Of a stretch of DNA of 64,000 nucleotides, positions 49,414 to 58,371 are shown one piece after another (the stretch's first letter is position 1; every line of letters begins with the position of its first letter). Source of the stretch: an uncultured Candidatus Binatia bacterium (GTDB taxonomy: Bacteria > Desulfobacterota > Binatia > UBA9968 > JAJDTQ01); NCBI GenBank assembly GCA_965242525.1, contig OZ251459.1, positions 3,104,001 to 3,168,000 of the forward strand, in the 5' to 3' direction. The notes under the pieces are model-generated. The model made no database searches. It was not told where the DNA came from and saw nothing but the letters and a program-made list of their open reading frames with translations. A program made the position numbers and the translations under genes.

Positions 49414-50460
49414 TCAGCGGAACAGGTCAGCGTGGATCTTCTTCCACTTGGCGAGCTCGCGGTGCACCATCTTGAGGGGCATGGTGTTGGCCCTGAAGCC
49501 GCCTTCCCTGGGCTTGAGGGTGGGCTCCAGCGCCGGCACGTCCGGGTGGGCCGGCAGGTAGTTGGCCTGTTGCAGCACCTTCTGGCCTTCCAGCGACAGC
49601 ATGAACTCGATCAGGAGCTTGCCCGCGTTGGGATGGGGCGCTCCCTCGATGACGCCGATGGCGGCGATGTTGCTGGTCACCGGCTCCATCTTGATCCAGT
49701 CCACCGGCGCGCCCTTGTTGCCGCTGATCACCGTGTGGTGGTTGAAGATCTGCAACGCGATGGGGTACTCGCCGGCAATGGCCTGGTCGAGCACCTTGCG
49801 CGCGCTGGCGCTGACCGGGATGATCTCCTGCTTGGCGAGCTTCCGCAGGTAGGCCATGCCCTTCTCTTCGCCCATGGTGATGAGGACGTTGCCGATGAAG
49901 CCGGCCGCGCCGGAGGTGGTGGATCTGGGGCTCCATGCCATCTTGCCCCGCCACTTGGGGTCGAGGAGGTCCTCGTAGGTCTTCGGCGCCTCGGCCCTGG
50001 AGACCAGGCTGGTGTTGTAGCCCGGGGTCAGGAAGTAGAGGTGGGTCGCCGACCAGTACCCTTCCGGGTCCCGGAACTCGGCCGGGTACATGGCCGAGTT
50101 CTTGGGCATCCACTTCTCCACGAGGTTGGCGTCCTTGAGGGCTTCCGCGTTGGAGGTCCCGTCGAACACGTCGCCCAGGATGCGGTTGGCCTTCCCCTCG
50201 CTGAGGATCTTGATGGCCGTGTCGGACGAGTTCGCCCGGGAGTAGCGCACCTTGATGCCGGGGTACTTCTTCTGGAACGCCGCAACGATGGGCCGCACCG
50301 CCTGCTTCACGATCAGCGTCGTGTACCAGACGAGCTCGCCTTCCTTCTTCGCCGCCTCGTAGAGCCTGGCGTCGGCGAACGCGGTGGTCGCCGCCATGGT
50401 CAGCACCAACCCGAGTGCAGCCGCACGCAGCAATGATCTCATGACGATTGCCTCCCTCAT
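49414..50460 (-). CDS. ABC transporter substrate-binding protein
   Basis: Signal peptide, AAKKEGELVWY, PKTYEDLLDPKW, APHPNAGKL..LS.EGQ. Confidence 0.9.
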   Translation of the reverse strand: MREAIVMRSLLRAAALGLVLTMAATTAFADARLYEAAKKEGELVWYTTLIVKQAVRPIVAAFQKKYPGIKVRYSRANSSDTAIKILSEGKANRILGDVFDGTSNAEALKDANLVEKWMPKNSAMYPAEFRDPEGYWSATHLYFLTPGYNTSLVSRAEAPKTYEDLLDPKWRGKMAWSPRSTTSGAAGFIGNVLITMGEEKGMAYLRKLAKQEIIPVSASARKVLDQAIAGEYPIALQIFNHHTVISGNKGAPVDWIKMEPVTSNIAAIGVIEGAPHPNAGKLLIEFMLSLEGQKVLQQANYLPAHPDVPALEPTLKPREGGFRANTMPLKMVHRELAKWKKIHADLFR

Positions 50461-50548
50461 GGTGGTTTGCCCCTCCGGTCACGGGTGCCCGGGAACCCGG
50501 CCCCGAACCTGTCAGTACGCCGGTAGCCTCGAATTGTCAATCGGCATC

Positions 50549-50650
50549 TCATCCTGAGCGCAGCGAAGCGGAGAACCCCATCCACCCTGAGCGTAGCGAA
50601 GCAAAAAAACCCGTTCGTCCTGAGCGTAGCGAAGCGAAGTCGAAGGACGG
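50549..50650 (+). repeat. REP-like family A cluster (three units)
   Basis: Two partial copies and one full copy, next to the plsY stop. Confidence 0.8.
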
Positions 50651-50651
50651 C

Positions 50652-51260
50652 CTACCCCCCGGAGCGGGGAGGCCGGCGCAGCTCGAACCGGGGCTCCTCC
50701 CCCACCCACAGACGGCGGATGTTCCCGGCATGGCGGACCCATACCAGGACGCCGATGACGAGGCTCAGCCAGACCACTTCCTCGGGATAGGAAAACAGCC
50801 ACGCCGCGGACGGCGCCGCCACCGCTGCGCTCAGGGAGGCCAGGGAGACCCGGCGGTCCGCGGCCATGACCAGAAGGAAGACCCCCACGAGGACCGGCGC
50901 CGCCAGGGGCATGGCGGCGAGATAGACGCCTGCCGCGGTGGCCACGCCCTTGCCGCCCCGGAACCGCAGGAACACGGGGTAGAGATGGCCCGCGAACGCG
51001 GCCAAGCCCGCGGAGGCGGCCGCGAGACCCCCAAGGTCGAGCAGGTGGGCCGCCAGCACCGGCAGGAAGCCCTTGGCCACGTCGGCAAGGAGGGTGACCA
51101 GGCCCTTCTTCCAGCCCAGCGTGCGCGCCACGTTGGTGGCCCCGATGTTGCCGCTGCCGGCGCTGCGGACGTCCACCCCCGCGGACGACCCCACCAGGAA
51201 ACCCGCGGGGACCGACCCCAGGAGGTAGGAGAGTATGGTCAGGACGACGGTCGCCATCAC
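50652..51260 (-). CDS. plsY: Glycerol-3-phosphate acyltransferase PlsY
   Basis: YLLGS, GSGNIGATN, D..KG, GHLYP..F.GGKGVAT, RH..NI.RL. Confidence 0.93.
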   Translation of the reverse strand: MMATVVLTILSYLLGSVPAGFLVGSSAGVDVRSAGSGNIGATNVARTLGWKKGLVTLLADVAKGFLPVLAAHLLDLGGLAAASAGLAAFAGHLYPVFLRFRGGKGVATAAGVYLAAMPLAAPVLVGVFLLVMAADRRVSLASLSAAVAAPSAAWLFSYPEEVVWLSLVIGVLVWVRHAGNIRRLWVGEEPRFELRRPPRSGG

Positions 51261-51308
51261 GCTGCCGGACGGCCCCGGGAGGGCCGCAGCCGTTCCCCTT
51301 CCCAGGAC

Positions 51309-51342
51309 AAAAAAAGGGAGGAAGCCAAGCGCGCTTCCTCCC
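51309..51342 (-). terminator. Rho-independent terminator after the cupin gene
   Basis: 10-bp stem GGGAGGAAGC/GCTTCCTCCC followed by seven U on the minus strand. Confidence 0.75.
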
Positions 51343-51362
51343 CGTGCGGCAAGGACGTTGGC

Positions 51363-52460
51363 TCAGGCCGCGGGCTTCTCGTAAACGGACGGGTCCATCT
51401 TGGTCGTGGTGCCGGACTTGGCGAGGTCGTCCTCGAACATCTTGCGGATGTACGGCTCCTGGTCGTAGTACTCGATCTGGTTGCCGCCGGACTTCACGTC
51501 CTTGTCGACCTTGGAGACGTCCCCGAAGCCCTCGCCCATGCTGTGCTTGATGCCGCCGAAGCGAAGCGGCAGGTAGCGTGCGCCCGTGGCCCCGGTGTTG
51601 AAGTGCTGGTGGAACATCATCTCGGGGGGCACGAAGACGCTGCCGTCGTGCCAGTCGTAGCGCTTGGGCTCTTCGCCCTCCCGCCAGAACAGCGAGAAAC
51701 CCTGCCCCTTGATGATGATGACGTTGAAGCCCGGGCCGTGGCGGTGCGCCTTCTTGTAGGTCCCTATGGGGAACTCCGAGATATGCGCCGCCATGACGCC
51801 GTCGCACATCTCCAGGAAGACGTTCTTGCCGCCCGCGCCCCGCTCCTTCCATTCCTGGAGGTTGAAGGTCCGCGTGTCCGCGATGAAGTTGGTCTCCCAG
51901 ATGCGGCCCGGATGCTGGACGCCCTTGCTGGAGAAGTAGTCGGGCCGGCCGTCGAAGCGGTCCACGAAGTCGTAGGGGGCGTTGAAGATGAAGTCCTCGT
52001 TGTGGAAGAGGCTGAAGACGATGGGCATGTTGTTGACCGAGAAGAGCCGCGCCGGCTGGTCGCCCTGGCCGTTGAAGTGCTGGTGCCACACGTTCAGCGG
52101 GACCGACATGAGGCTCCCTTCCTGCCACTCGAAGGTCTGCTTGGCGCCCTTGTCGTTCCAGATGGTGGTGGCGCCCCGGCCCTGCACCACCAGGATCAAC
52201 TCCTCGTAGATGTGGCGCATGGGGTTCAGGCTCTTGCCCGCGGGGATCTCCACGACGTAGGCGCCGGTGGCCTCCCCCGCCCCTTCCATGTTGATGATGG
52301 TTCCGTCCCCGCCCATGCGGTCCCACCACTCGAGGGGCACTTCCTTCAGGTCCTTGATGAAGAAGGTATCGACGATGGGCACCCCTTCGCCCTTCTGCCA
52401 CTTGTAGAAGAAGGGGACGTTGTCCATGGTGTTCTCTGTCTGTACCGCGGGCTTGGCCAT
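51363..52460 (-). CDS. Bicupin protein (gentisate-dioxygenase-like)
   Basis: RHIYEE..PLNVWHQHFN and HRHGPG..FHQHFN cupin motifs; GGAGGAG RBS. Confidence 0.8.
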   Translation of the reverse strand: MAKPAVQTENTMDNVPFFYKWQKGEGVPIVDTFFIKDLKEVPLEWWDRMGGDGTIINMEGAGEATGAYVVEIPAGKSLNPMRHIYEELILVVQGRGATTIWNDKGAKQTFEWQEGSLMSVPLNVWHQHFNGQGDQPARLFSVNNMPIVFSLFHNEDFIFNAPYDFVDRFDGRPDYFSSKGVQHPGRIWETNFIADTRTFNLQEWKERGAGGKNVFLEMCDGVMAAHISEFPIGTYKKAHRHGPGFNVIIIKGQGFSLFWREGEEPKRYDWHDGSVFVPPEMMFHQHFNTGATGARYLPLRFGGIKHSMGEGFGDVSKVDKDVKSGGNQIEYYDQEPYIRKMFEDDLAKSGTTTKMDPSVYEKPAA

Positions 52461-52591
52461 TGGCTCCTCCAAATCTTCTCGGTGTCTTCCTTCTCGGTTT
52501 CTTCCCGAAGAGTCCGGTTTGAAGAGCCACCTCTTACCTGACGCCTCGTGAAAATACAAGAAGCGGGCGCGCCTCAATCTCCCGCTTCTCC

Positions 52592-52617
52592 GTCATTCCC
52601 GCGAAAGCGGGAATCCA
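52592..52617 (+). repeat. REP-like family B
   Basis: GTCATTCCCGCGAAAGCGGGAATCCA. Confidence 0.85.
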
Positions 52618-52741
52618 GACAGATCGACCTCGCAGTTCAACGGAAACGCCGTCAACGATACTGTTGTCAGCATATCCGTTGACAACGTATCCGTTGAATG
52701 GTAGAGAGAGGCAAAAACACCCCGAACCGGGGAGGCATCCG

Positions 52742-54322
52742 ATGAACGAACCGCCTGAGCCGACGATCCGCAAGTTCAACCCGGGGACGTTCCAGTCCGA
52801 CGAAGAGGTAATCCGGCAGTTCGTGGTCAGGAAACACGAACTGGCCATCGTGCTGGAGACCCTTCGCGGAAACGTTGCCGCGCCGTCGTGTCAACACGTT
52901 CTGCTCATCGGTCCCCGCGGTCGTGGAAAGACCATGATGCTGGCTCGCGTAGCTGCGGAGATCCGAACCGATGAAGAACTCTCCGGGCAACTGTTGCCGG
53001 TCCGGTTCATGGAGGAAAGCCATGAGATATTCGATATGGGGGACTTCTGGTTGGAAGCGATCTTCTACCTGGCGCGGGAGGTCAACGACTCGCATCCCCG
53101 CATCTCCCGGGAACTGCGGGCCACACACGCCCACCTTGCCCGCCAAGGACACGGAGTCGATCTCGAGGAACGTGCCCGGGCCACTTTCCTGGAAACGGCG
53201 GATCGGCTTGACAGGCAACTCGTCCTCATGGTCGAGAACCTGCAAACCCTGTGTGGCAACGTGGACGACCACTTCGGTTGGAAGCTACGTGAAAACTTGC
53301 AGGCAGAACCCAAGGTCATGTTGCTCGCCACTGCCACCGGACGATTCGAGAGACTGGATGATGCGAGGGACCCGTTCTTCGAATTGTTCCGCATCGTATG
53401 TCTGGAGCGGCTGGACACCGAGGAATGTCAGAGACTGTGGCAAATGGCCAGCGGCGAGGAAAGAAACAAACGGCAGATCAAGGCCCTGGAGATCCTGACC
53501 GGCGGCGCCCCCCGACTCCTGGTCATCGTGGCCGAGTTCTCCCGCCGTCGATCCTTGCGCGACTTGATGGGAGAGACGGTAGCGTTGATCGACGAACACA
53601 CCGAGTACTTTCGCTCCCACTTGGAGGGGTTCGCAAAGACCGAGCGCCGCGTCTATCTTGCAGTGATCGACCTATGGCAACCGTCGTACGCCGGCGAGGT
53701 CGCAGACCGCGCCCGGATGGACATCAGAACCGTATCAGCCCTGCTCGGGCGACTTGCCGACCGCGGCGTGCTCTCGGTCGAAAGAGCCGGCAGAAAACGA
53801 CAGTACTCTGCCGCACAACGTCTCTACAGCATCTACTACAAGCTGCGGCGCGAACGCGACGAGGCGGTCGTGGTGCGGAACCTGATCCACTTCATGGCGG
53901 CGTTCTACACGGACGAAGAACTGGCGGAGATGCCAGGCAAGCTGAGATCGGAGGCAGTAGAATATCCATTCGTCCGCGAGGCAGATGCGGGATGGTTGAG
54001 GACGAAGGCCCTGATCGTTCGAGGAGACATCTCGGCTGCCGCGGCCGCATTCCGATCCGCGTATGCCGCGTTCGTTTCGGACGACGAAACGAACCTGTGT
54101 ATGATGATCGAGGTCGTGCTCGACTTGATCGCGGTCGGAGTTTCGGAGCGCGACCTCGTCGAGATTCTGTCGAGCGACCGGGAAAAATCCGCCAAGCTGG
54201 CGCCGCTCGTCGTCGCCTTGCGCCAAGTCATGGGTGAGGAGGTTCGTGCGCCGGTCGAAGTGTTGGAGGTCGCCGCGGACATCATCCAACGCATCGAGGC
54301 CACAGTTGAAGAAGGATCGTAA
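52742..54322 (+). CDS. STAND-like AAA ATPase with winged-helix domain
   Basis: FNPG, Walker A GPRGRGKT, atypical Walker B VLMVENL, TGGAPRL, wHTH EVADRARMDIRTVSALLGRL; GGAGG RBS. Confidence 0.78.
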   Translation: MNEPPEPTIRKFNPGTFQSDEEVIRQFVVRKHELAIVLETLRGNVAAPSCQHVLLIGPRGRGKTMMLARVAAEIRTDEELSGQLLPVRFMEESHEIFDMGDFWLEAIFYLAREVNDSHPRISRELRATHAHLARQGHGVDLEERARATFLETADRLDRQLVLMVENLQTLCGNVDDHFGWKLRENLQAEPKVMLLATATGRFERLDDARDPFFELFRIVCLERLDTEECQRLWQMASGEERNKRQIKALEILTGGAPRLLVIVAEFSRRRSLRDLMGETVALIDEHTEYFRSHLEGFAKTERRVYLAVIDLWQPSYAGEVADRARMDIRTVSALLGRLADRGVLSVERAGRKRQYSAAQRLYSIYYKLRRERDEAVVVRNLIHFMAAFYTDEELAEMPGKLRSEAVEYPFVREADAGWLRTKALIVRGDISAAAAAFRSAYAAFVSDDETNLCMMIEVVLDLIAVGVSERDLVEILSSDREKSAKLAPLVVALRQVMGEEVRAPVEVLEVAADIIQRIEATVEEGS

Positions 54323-54463
54323 GGAACCCCTGAACAATCGAGACATCCAGGATGGATTCCCGATTCCCTCATCCTGACGCCCCTATCCCCGTTCGTCCTG
54401 AGCGTAGCGAAGCGAAGTCGAAGGACGCGCTCACGCCCCCTGTCCGGATTGTTCAGAGGTTCC
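54323..54463. mobile_element. MITE-like element carrying REP family A, with 4-bp target duplication GTAA
   Basis: gtaa-GGAACCCCTGAACAATC ... GATTGTTCAGAGGTTCC-gtaa (16/17 inverted repeat). Confidence 0.85.
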
Positions 54464-54468
54464 GTAAG

Positions 54469-54542
54469 TGGATTCCCGCTTTCGCGGGAATGACGAGGTG
54501 GGGTTCCGCTGGAATGACGGAATGAGCGTCCGCGGGAATGAC
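54469..54542 (-). repeat. REP-like family B with degenerate GGAATGAC copies
   Basis: TGGATTCCCGCTTTCGCGGGAATGAC followed by three partial units. Confidence 0.75.
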
Positions 54543-54688
54543 GCCCTGTCTATGTCTCTTCCATTCACGATCGACCGGACTCTTGCCCTGCGGACAGGCT
54601 CAAGGCGCTTCCCTGACCCGGTTTGACACACCCGACCCGGCTCCCTATAGTCCGTTCCCATCCCTTCCTCTTGCAGGAGTCTTCCGAC

Positions 54689-55876
54689 ATGTGGATCAAC
54701 GAGCCGCGGGCGCAGCGCGTCCTGGCGGAGCGGGGCCTCGACGGGCTGTTCGCCGCCAGCAACGTTCCCAACGTCTTCTACCTGAGCGGGGTGTGGCGCC
54801 GCCAGGACATTGCGGCCATCGTTCGGGCGGACGCGGTGACTGCGCCGTGGGTGGTGGTCCCCCGGTCCGAGGTGGACTACCTGGTGGACGCGGTCCCGCC
54901 CGCGGGGGTGGTCACCTACGGGACCTTCTACCGCGTGATCGACCAGGAGACGCCGCTCACCGGGCGGGAACGGCGCATCCGGGAGCTGGGCGTGGACCTG
55001 GAGCCGGTGCGGGACTTCTTCGAGGGCATCGCGCGGGCGCTGGAGAACGCCGGCCTCGAGCGAAGCCGTCTCGGTTACGACGAGAGGGGGCTGGACCCGG
55101 CCTTGGCGGAGCGGCTCCGGGAGCGGTTCCCGCACCTGGAGCTCGTGCCCGGGGCGGCGGTCTTCCGGGAGGTCCGCATGGTCAAGAGCGCCGCCGAGAT
55201 CCAACGCATGACCGAGGCGGTGCGGGTCACCGAGGACTCCATCTACGAGGCCGCCCACCAGGCGCGGGAGGGCATGGCGGAGGCGGAGATGTGCCTCGCC
55301 TTCGACCTGGGGCAAGTGAAGCGCGGCGCGGAACCGAACATGAACCACGTGGGCTTCGGCAGGAGCGCGGCCCTGGGAATGACCAACGTGCCCGATGACC
55401 GGCTCCGCAAGGGAGACATGATCCGCTTCGACGTGGGGTGCCTTTACAAAGGCTACCTGACGGACATGTCCCGCACCTTCTCCTTCGGCGAGCCGGACGG
55501 GAAGTTCACCGCCTATTACGAGGCCGTACTCAAGGGACAGGACCGGGCCTTGGAACTGGTCAGGCCCGGCAGCGTCGCAGCCGAGATCTTCGACGAGACC
55601 CTGGAGGCGGTGCGGGCCGCGGGCATACCCCACTACGGGCGCCAGCACGTGGGCCACGGCATCGGCCTGGGGCTCGGGGGCTACGACCGGCCGACCCTCT
55701 CGCCGGGGGATCGGACGCCCCTCGAAGCCGACATGGTGCTGTGCGTCGAGACTCCCTACTACGAACTCGGCTGGGGCAGCGTGCAGGTGGAGGACATGAT
55801 CGTCGTCACCGGGGACGGCTACCGGCGTCTCACCTCCGTGCCCCGGGACCTCCAGGTCCTCGAACCCCGGGCATGA
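54689..55876 (+). CDS. M24-family (Xaa-Pro-type) peptidase/amidohydrolase
   Basis: RMVKSAAEI; metal ligands FDVG..TDMSRT, GHGIG, VETP, VED. Confidence 0.85.
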   Translation: MWINEPRAQRVLAERGLDGLFAASNVPNVFYLSGVWRRQDIAAIVRADAVTAPWVVVPRSEVDYLVDAVPPAGVVTYGTFYRVIDQETPLTGRERRIRELGVDLEPVRDFFEGIARALENAGLERSRLGYDERGLDPALAERLRERFPHLELVPGAAVFREVRMVKSAAEIQRMTEAVRVTEDSIYEAAHQAREGMAEAEMCLAFDLGQVKRGAEPNMNHVGFGRSAALGMTNVPDDRLRKGDMIRFDVGCLYKGYLTDMSRTFSFGEPDGKFTAYYEAVLKGQDRALELVRPGSVAAEIFDETLEAVRAAGIPHYGRQHVGHGIGLGLGGYDRPTLSPGDRTPLEADMVLCVETPYYELGWGSVQVEDMIVVTGDGYRRLTSVPRDLQVLEPRA

Positions 55877-57141
55877 GCCACCTCACCGGCCTGGCCTGCA
55901 TACGCTGCGGCGCGTCCTTCGGCGTCGAGCCCCGCTTCGACGGGTGCCCCGCGTGCAGGCGCACGGCGCCCTCCAACCTCACGCCCCGATACGATTTCGA
56001 CGCCGTCGCCCGGAACTTCCCGGTCGAGTCCCTGCGCCATCGCCCCGCGGATCTGTGGCGCTACCGCGAACTGCTGCCCGTGGACCCCGCGGACGCGGCG
56101 ACCCTGGGCGAAGGCATGACGCCGCTGCTGCACTGCGAGCGCTACGGACGCCGGATCGGGCTGGCCCGGCTCTTCCTCAAGGACGAGTCACGGAACCCGT
56201 CGGGCTCCTTCAAGGACCGGCTGGCGGTCACCGCTCTGGCCATGGCCCGCCGGTTTGGGGCCAGGGCGGTGGGGGTCAGCTCCACCGGCAACGCCGGGGC
56301 CGCGGCCGCAGCCTATGCCGCCCGCATGGGGCTTCCCTGCATCGTCCTCACGGTCAGGGGCGCGTCCTCCGCCCTCGTGACCCAGATCCGGGCCTACGGC
56401 GCCATGGTGGTGGCCGCGGAGACCAAGGCCCAACGCTGGAAGCTGTTGCAGACCGGGGTGGCCGAGTGGGGATGGTACCCGACCTCGCCCTACTTCGGCC
56501 CGCCGATAGGGAGCAACCCCTACGGGGTGGACGGCTACAAGACCCTTGCCTACGAGGTCTGCGAGCAGATGGACTGGGACCCGCCCGACTGGTGCGTGCT
56601 GCCGGTGGCCTACGGCGACGCGCTGTTCGGCATGTACAAGGGCTTCGGCGAGCTCGCCCGGCTGGGTTGGATCCGGAAGCGGCCGCGCATGGCGGCCGCG
56701 GAGATGGCCGGCAGCCTGACCGCGGCCCTGGCGTCCGGGCGGGACGCCCTGCCGGAGATCCCCGCCCCGACGCCCTACGTGGCCGGCTCCATCAGCGTGA
56801 ACCAGGGAACCTACCAGGCGCTGCACGCCCTCCGGGGCTCCCGCGGAACCGCGCGGGTGGTGGAGAACGGGGCGCTGCTGGACCTGCAGCGGGACTTGGC
56901 GGCCGACGAAGGCATCTACGCGGAACCGTCCTCGCTGGCCGCCCTTGCCGCGGTGGGCCGGTTGTGCGAGGAAGGGGAGATCGGCGCGGGCGACACGGTG
57001 GTGGTGGTCAACACCGCCACCGGCCTCAAGGACCCGGACGCCGCGGCCGCCCGCGCCCCGGAGATCCCCACGGTCGGCGACGACGCCAACGAGTTCCTGG
57101 GAACCTTGAAGGACGTGTACGGCTATCGTGCGGACGGGTAG
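55873..57141 (+). CDS. PLP-dependent threonine-synthase-like enzyme
   Basis: CxxC..CxxC N-terminus, LGEGMTPL, NPSGSFKDR, SSTGNAG, EGIYAEPSS, TGLKD. Confidence 0.85.
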   Translation: MSHLTGLACIRCGASFGVEPRFDGCPACRRTAPSNLTPRYDFDAVARNFPVESLRHRPADLWRYRELLPVDPADAATLGEGMTPLLHCERYGRRIGLARLFLKDESRNPSGSFKDRLAVTALAMARRFGARAVGVSSTGNAGAAAAAYAARMGLPCIVLTVRGASSALVTQIRAYGAMVVAAETKAQRWKLLQTGVAEWGWYPTSPYFGPPIGSNPYGVDGYKTLAYEVCEQMDWDPPDWCVLPVAYGDALFGMYKGFGELARLGWIRKRPRMAAAEMAGSLTAALASGRDALPEIPAPTPYVAGSISVNQGTYQALHALRGSRGTARVVENGALLDLQRDLAADEGIYAEPSSLAALAAVGRLCEEGEIGAGDTVVVVNTATGLKDPDAAAARAPEIPTVGDDANEFLGTLKDVYGYRADG

Positions 57142-57203
57142 GGAGTCGGCAAGGAGCCGAAGACGGGAGACGCCTCATCCTCCGCCGCCGTCCGCAGGAA
57201 CCC

Positions 57204-58208
57204 ATGAAGTTCAGCATACAGCTCCCCACCTGCACAGAGGGCCTGGTCAACCCGGTCCCCTTCATCGCGCCCGACGAGTTCGTCCGGCTGGCGCAGGAGG
57301 CCGAACGGCTCGGTTACGACGCGGTTTGGGGCAACGACCACGTGACGCCCGCCCCCTACGCGAGGAAGAAGTGGGCGCACCCGCCCAACTTCTACGAGGC
57401 GCTGGTCACCCTCGCGGTGGTGGGCGCGCACACCACGCGCATCCGCCTGGGCACCGCGGTGCTGATCCTGCCCCTGCGGGACCCGGTGCTGCTGGCCAAA
57501 CAGGTAAGCACCCTCGACCGCTTCACCCGCGGGCGGGTGGTCCTCGGGGTCGGCATCGGGGCCTACCGGGAAGAGTTCGAGGCCCAGTGGCCGAGACGGA
57601 GGCGGGAGCGCCGGGGCGAGTTGCTGGACGAGGGCTTGGCGGCGCTGCGCTGCCTCTTCCAGGAGGAGACGGCTTCCTACGAGGGCCGGCACGTGGCGTT
57701 TGAGGAGGTCGCCCTGGCGCCCAAGCCGGTGCAGGACCCGCTGCCCCTCTTCGTGGGCGGCCACAACGAGGCGGCCGTCCGGCGCGCCGCCAGGCTGGGC
57801 CAGGGGTGGCTTCCGGGCTGGCGGCCCTTCGAGGAGATCGCGGCGCGGGCGGCGCTGCTGCGTCGGCTGACGGAGGAAGCGGGAAGGGACCCCGGGGAAG
57901 TGGAGGCATGCTCCCAGTTCACACTGTGCATCGGCAAGACCGTGGAAGCGGCGCGGGCGCGCTACCGCAGGACCGGCATGGTCCAGCACCGGGTCTCCCT
58001 GGCGCACACGGGCCGGGACCCGGCGTTGGCGGAGACCCACAACCTCATCGGCAGCCCGGCCAGCATCCTGGAGCAGGTGGCGTTCCTGGACAGGGCCGGC
58101 ATCCGCCACGTGTGCGCGCTCCAGTTCCCCTCGGACACCGGCGCCGAGATGCTGGAGCAGATGCAATGGCTGGCGGAAGATGTCATGGGGCCGTTCCACC
58201 GTAGCTGA
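57204..58208 (+). CDS. LLM-class (luciferase-like) flavin/F420-dependent oxidoreductase
   Basis: AERLGYDAVW.NDH, TTRIRLGTAV, LAKQVSTLD..GRV.LGVG.G, PKPVQ. Confidence 0.88.
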   Translation: MKFSIQLPTCTEGLVNPVPFIAPDEFVRLAQEAERLGYDAVWGNDHVTPAPYARKKWAHPPNFYEALVTLAVVGAHTTRIRLGTAVLILPLRDPVLLAKQVSTLDRFTRGRVVLGVGIGAYREEFEAQWPRRRRERRGELLDEGLAALRCLFQEETASYEGRHVAFEEVALAPKPVQDPLPLFVGGHNEAAVRRAARLGQGWLPGWRPFEEIAARAALLRRLTEEAGRDPGEVEACSQFTLCIGKTVEAARARYRRTGMVQHRVSLAHTGRDPALAETHNLIGSPASILEQVAFLDRAGIRHVCALQFPSDTGAEMLEQMQWLAEDVMGPFHRS

Positions 58209-58272
58209 ACCGGAGCGGCCGTTTGGCCGCGGCGCCGCATCGGAGACCCGGTAAAGGAAACCTCGAACAACC

Positions 58273-58318
58273 ATCCCGTTCATCCTGAGCGTAGCGAAGC
58301 GAAGTCGAAGGATGCGCT
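58273..58318 (+). repeat. REP-like family A
   Basis: CCCGTTCATCCTGAGCGTAGCGAAGCGAAGTCGAAGGATGCGC. Confidence 0.8.
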
Positions 58319-58371
58319 TTCCCAAGGAGAAACTGCAAAGGGGCGCCCGGCAAGGCCCCTGGGGAGGAACC

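Noticed and set aside
44232-49475. 1747-aa plus-strand ORF (also 39137-42694, 14167-17052, 22635-25502, 17133-19502)
   Set aside because: Antisense shadows of well-supported genes in high-GC DNA; no recognisable motifs
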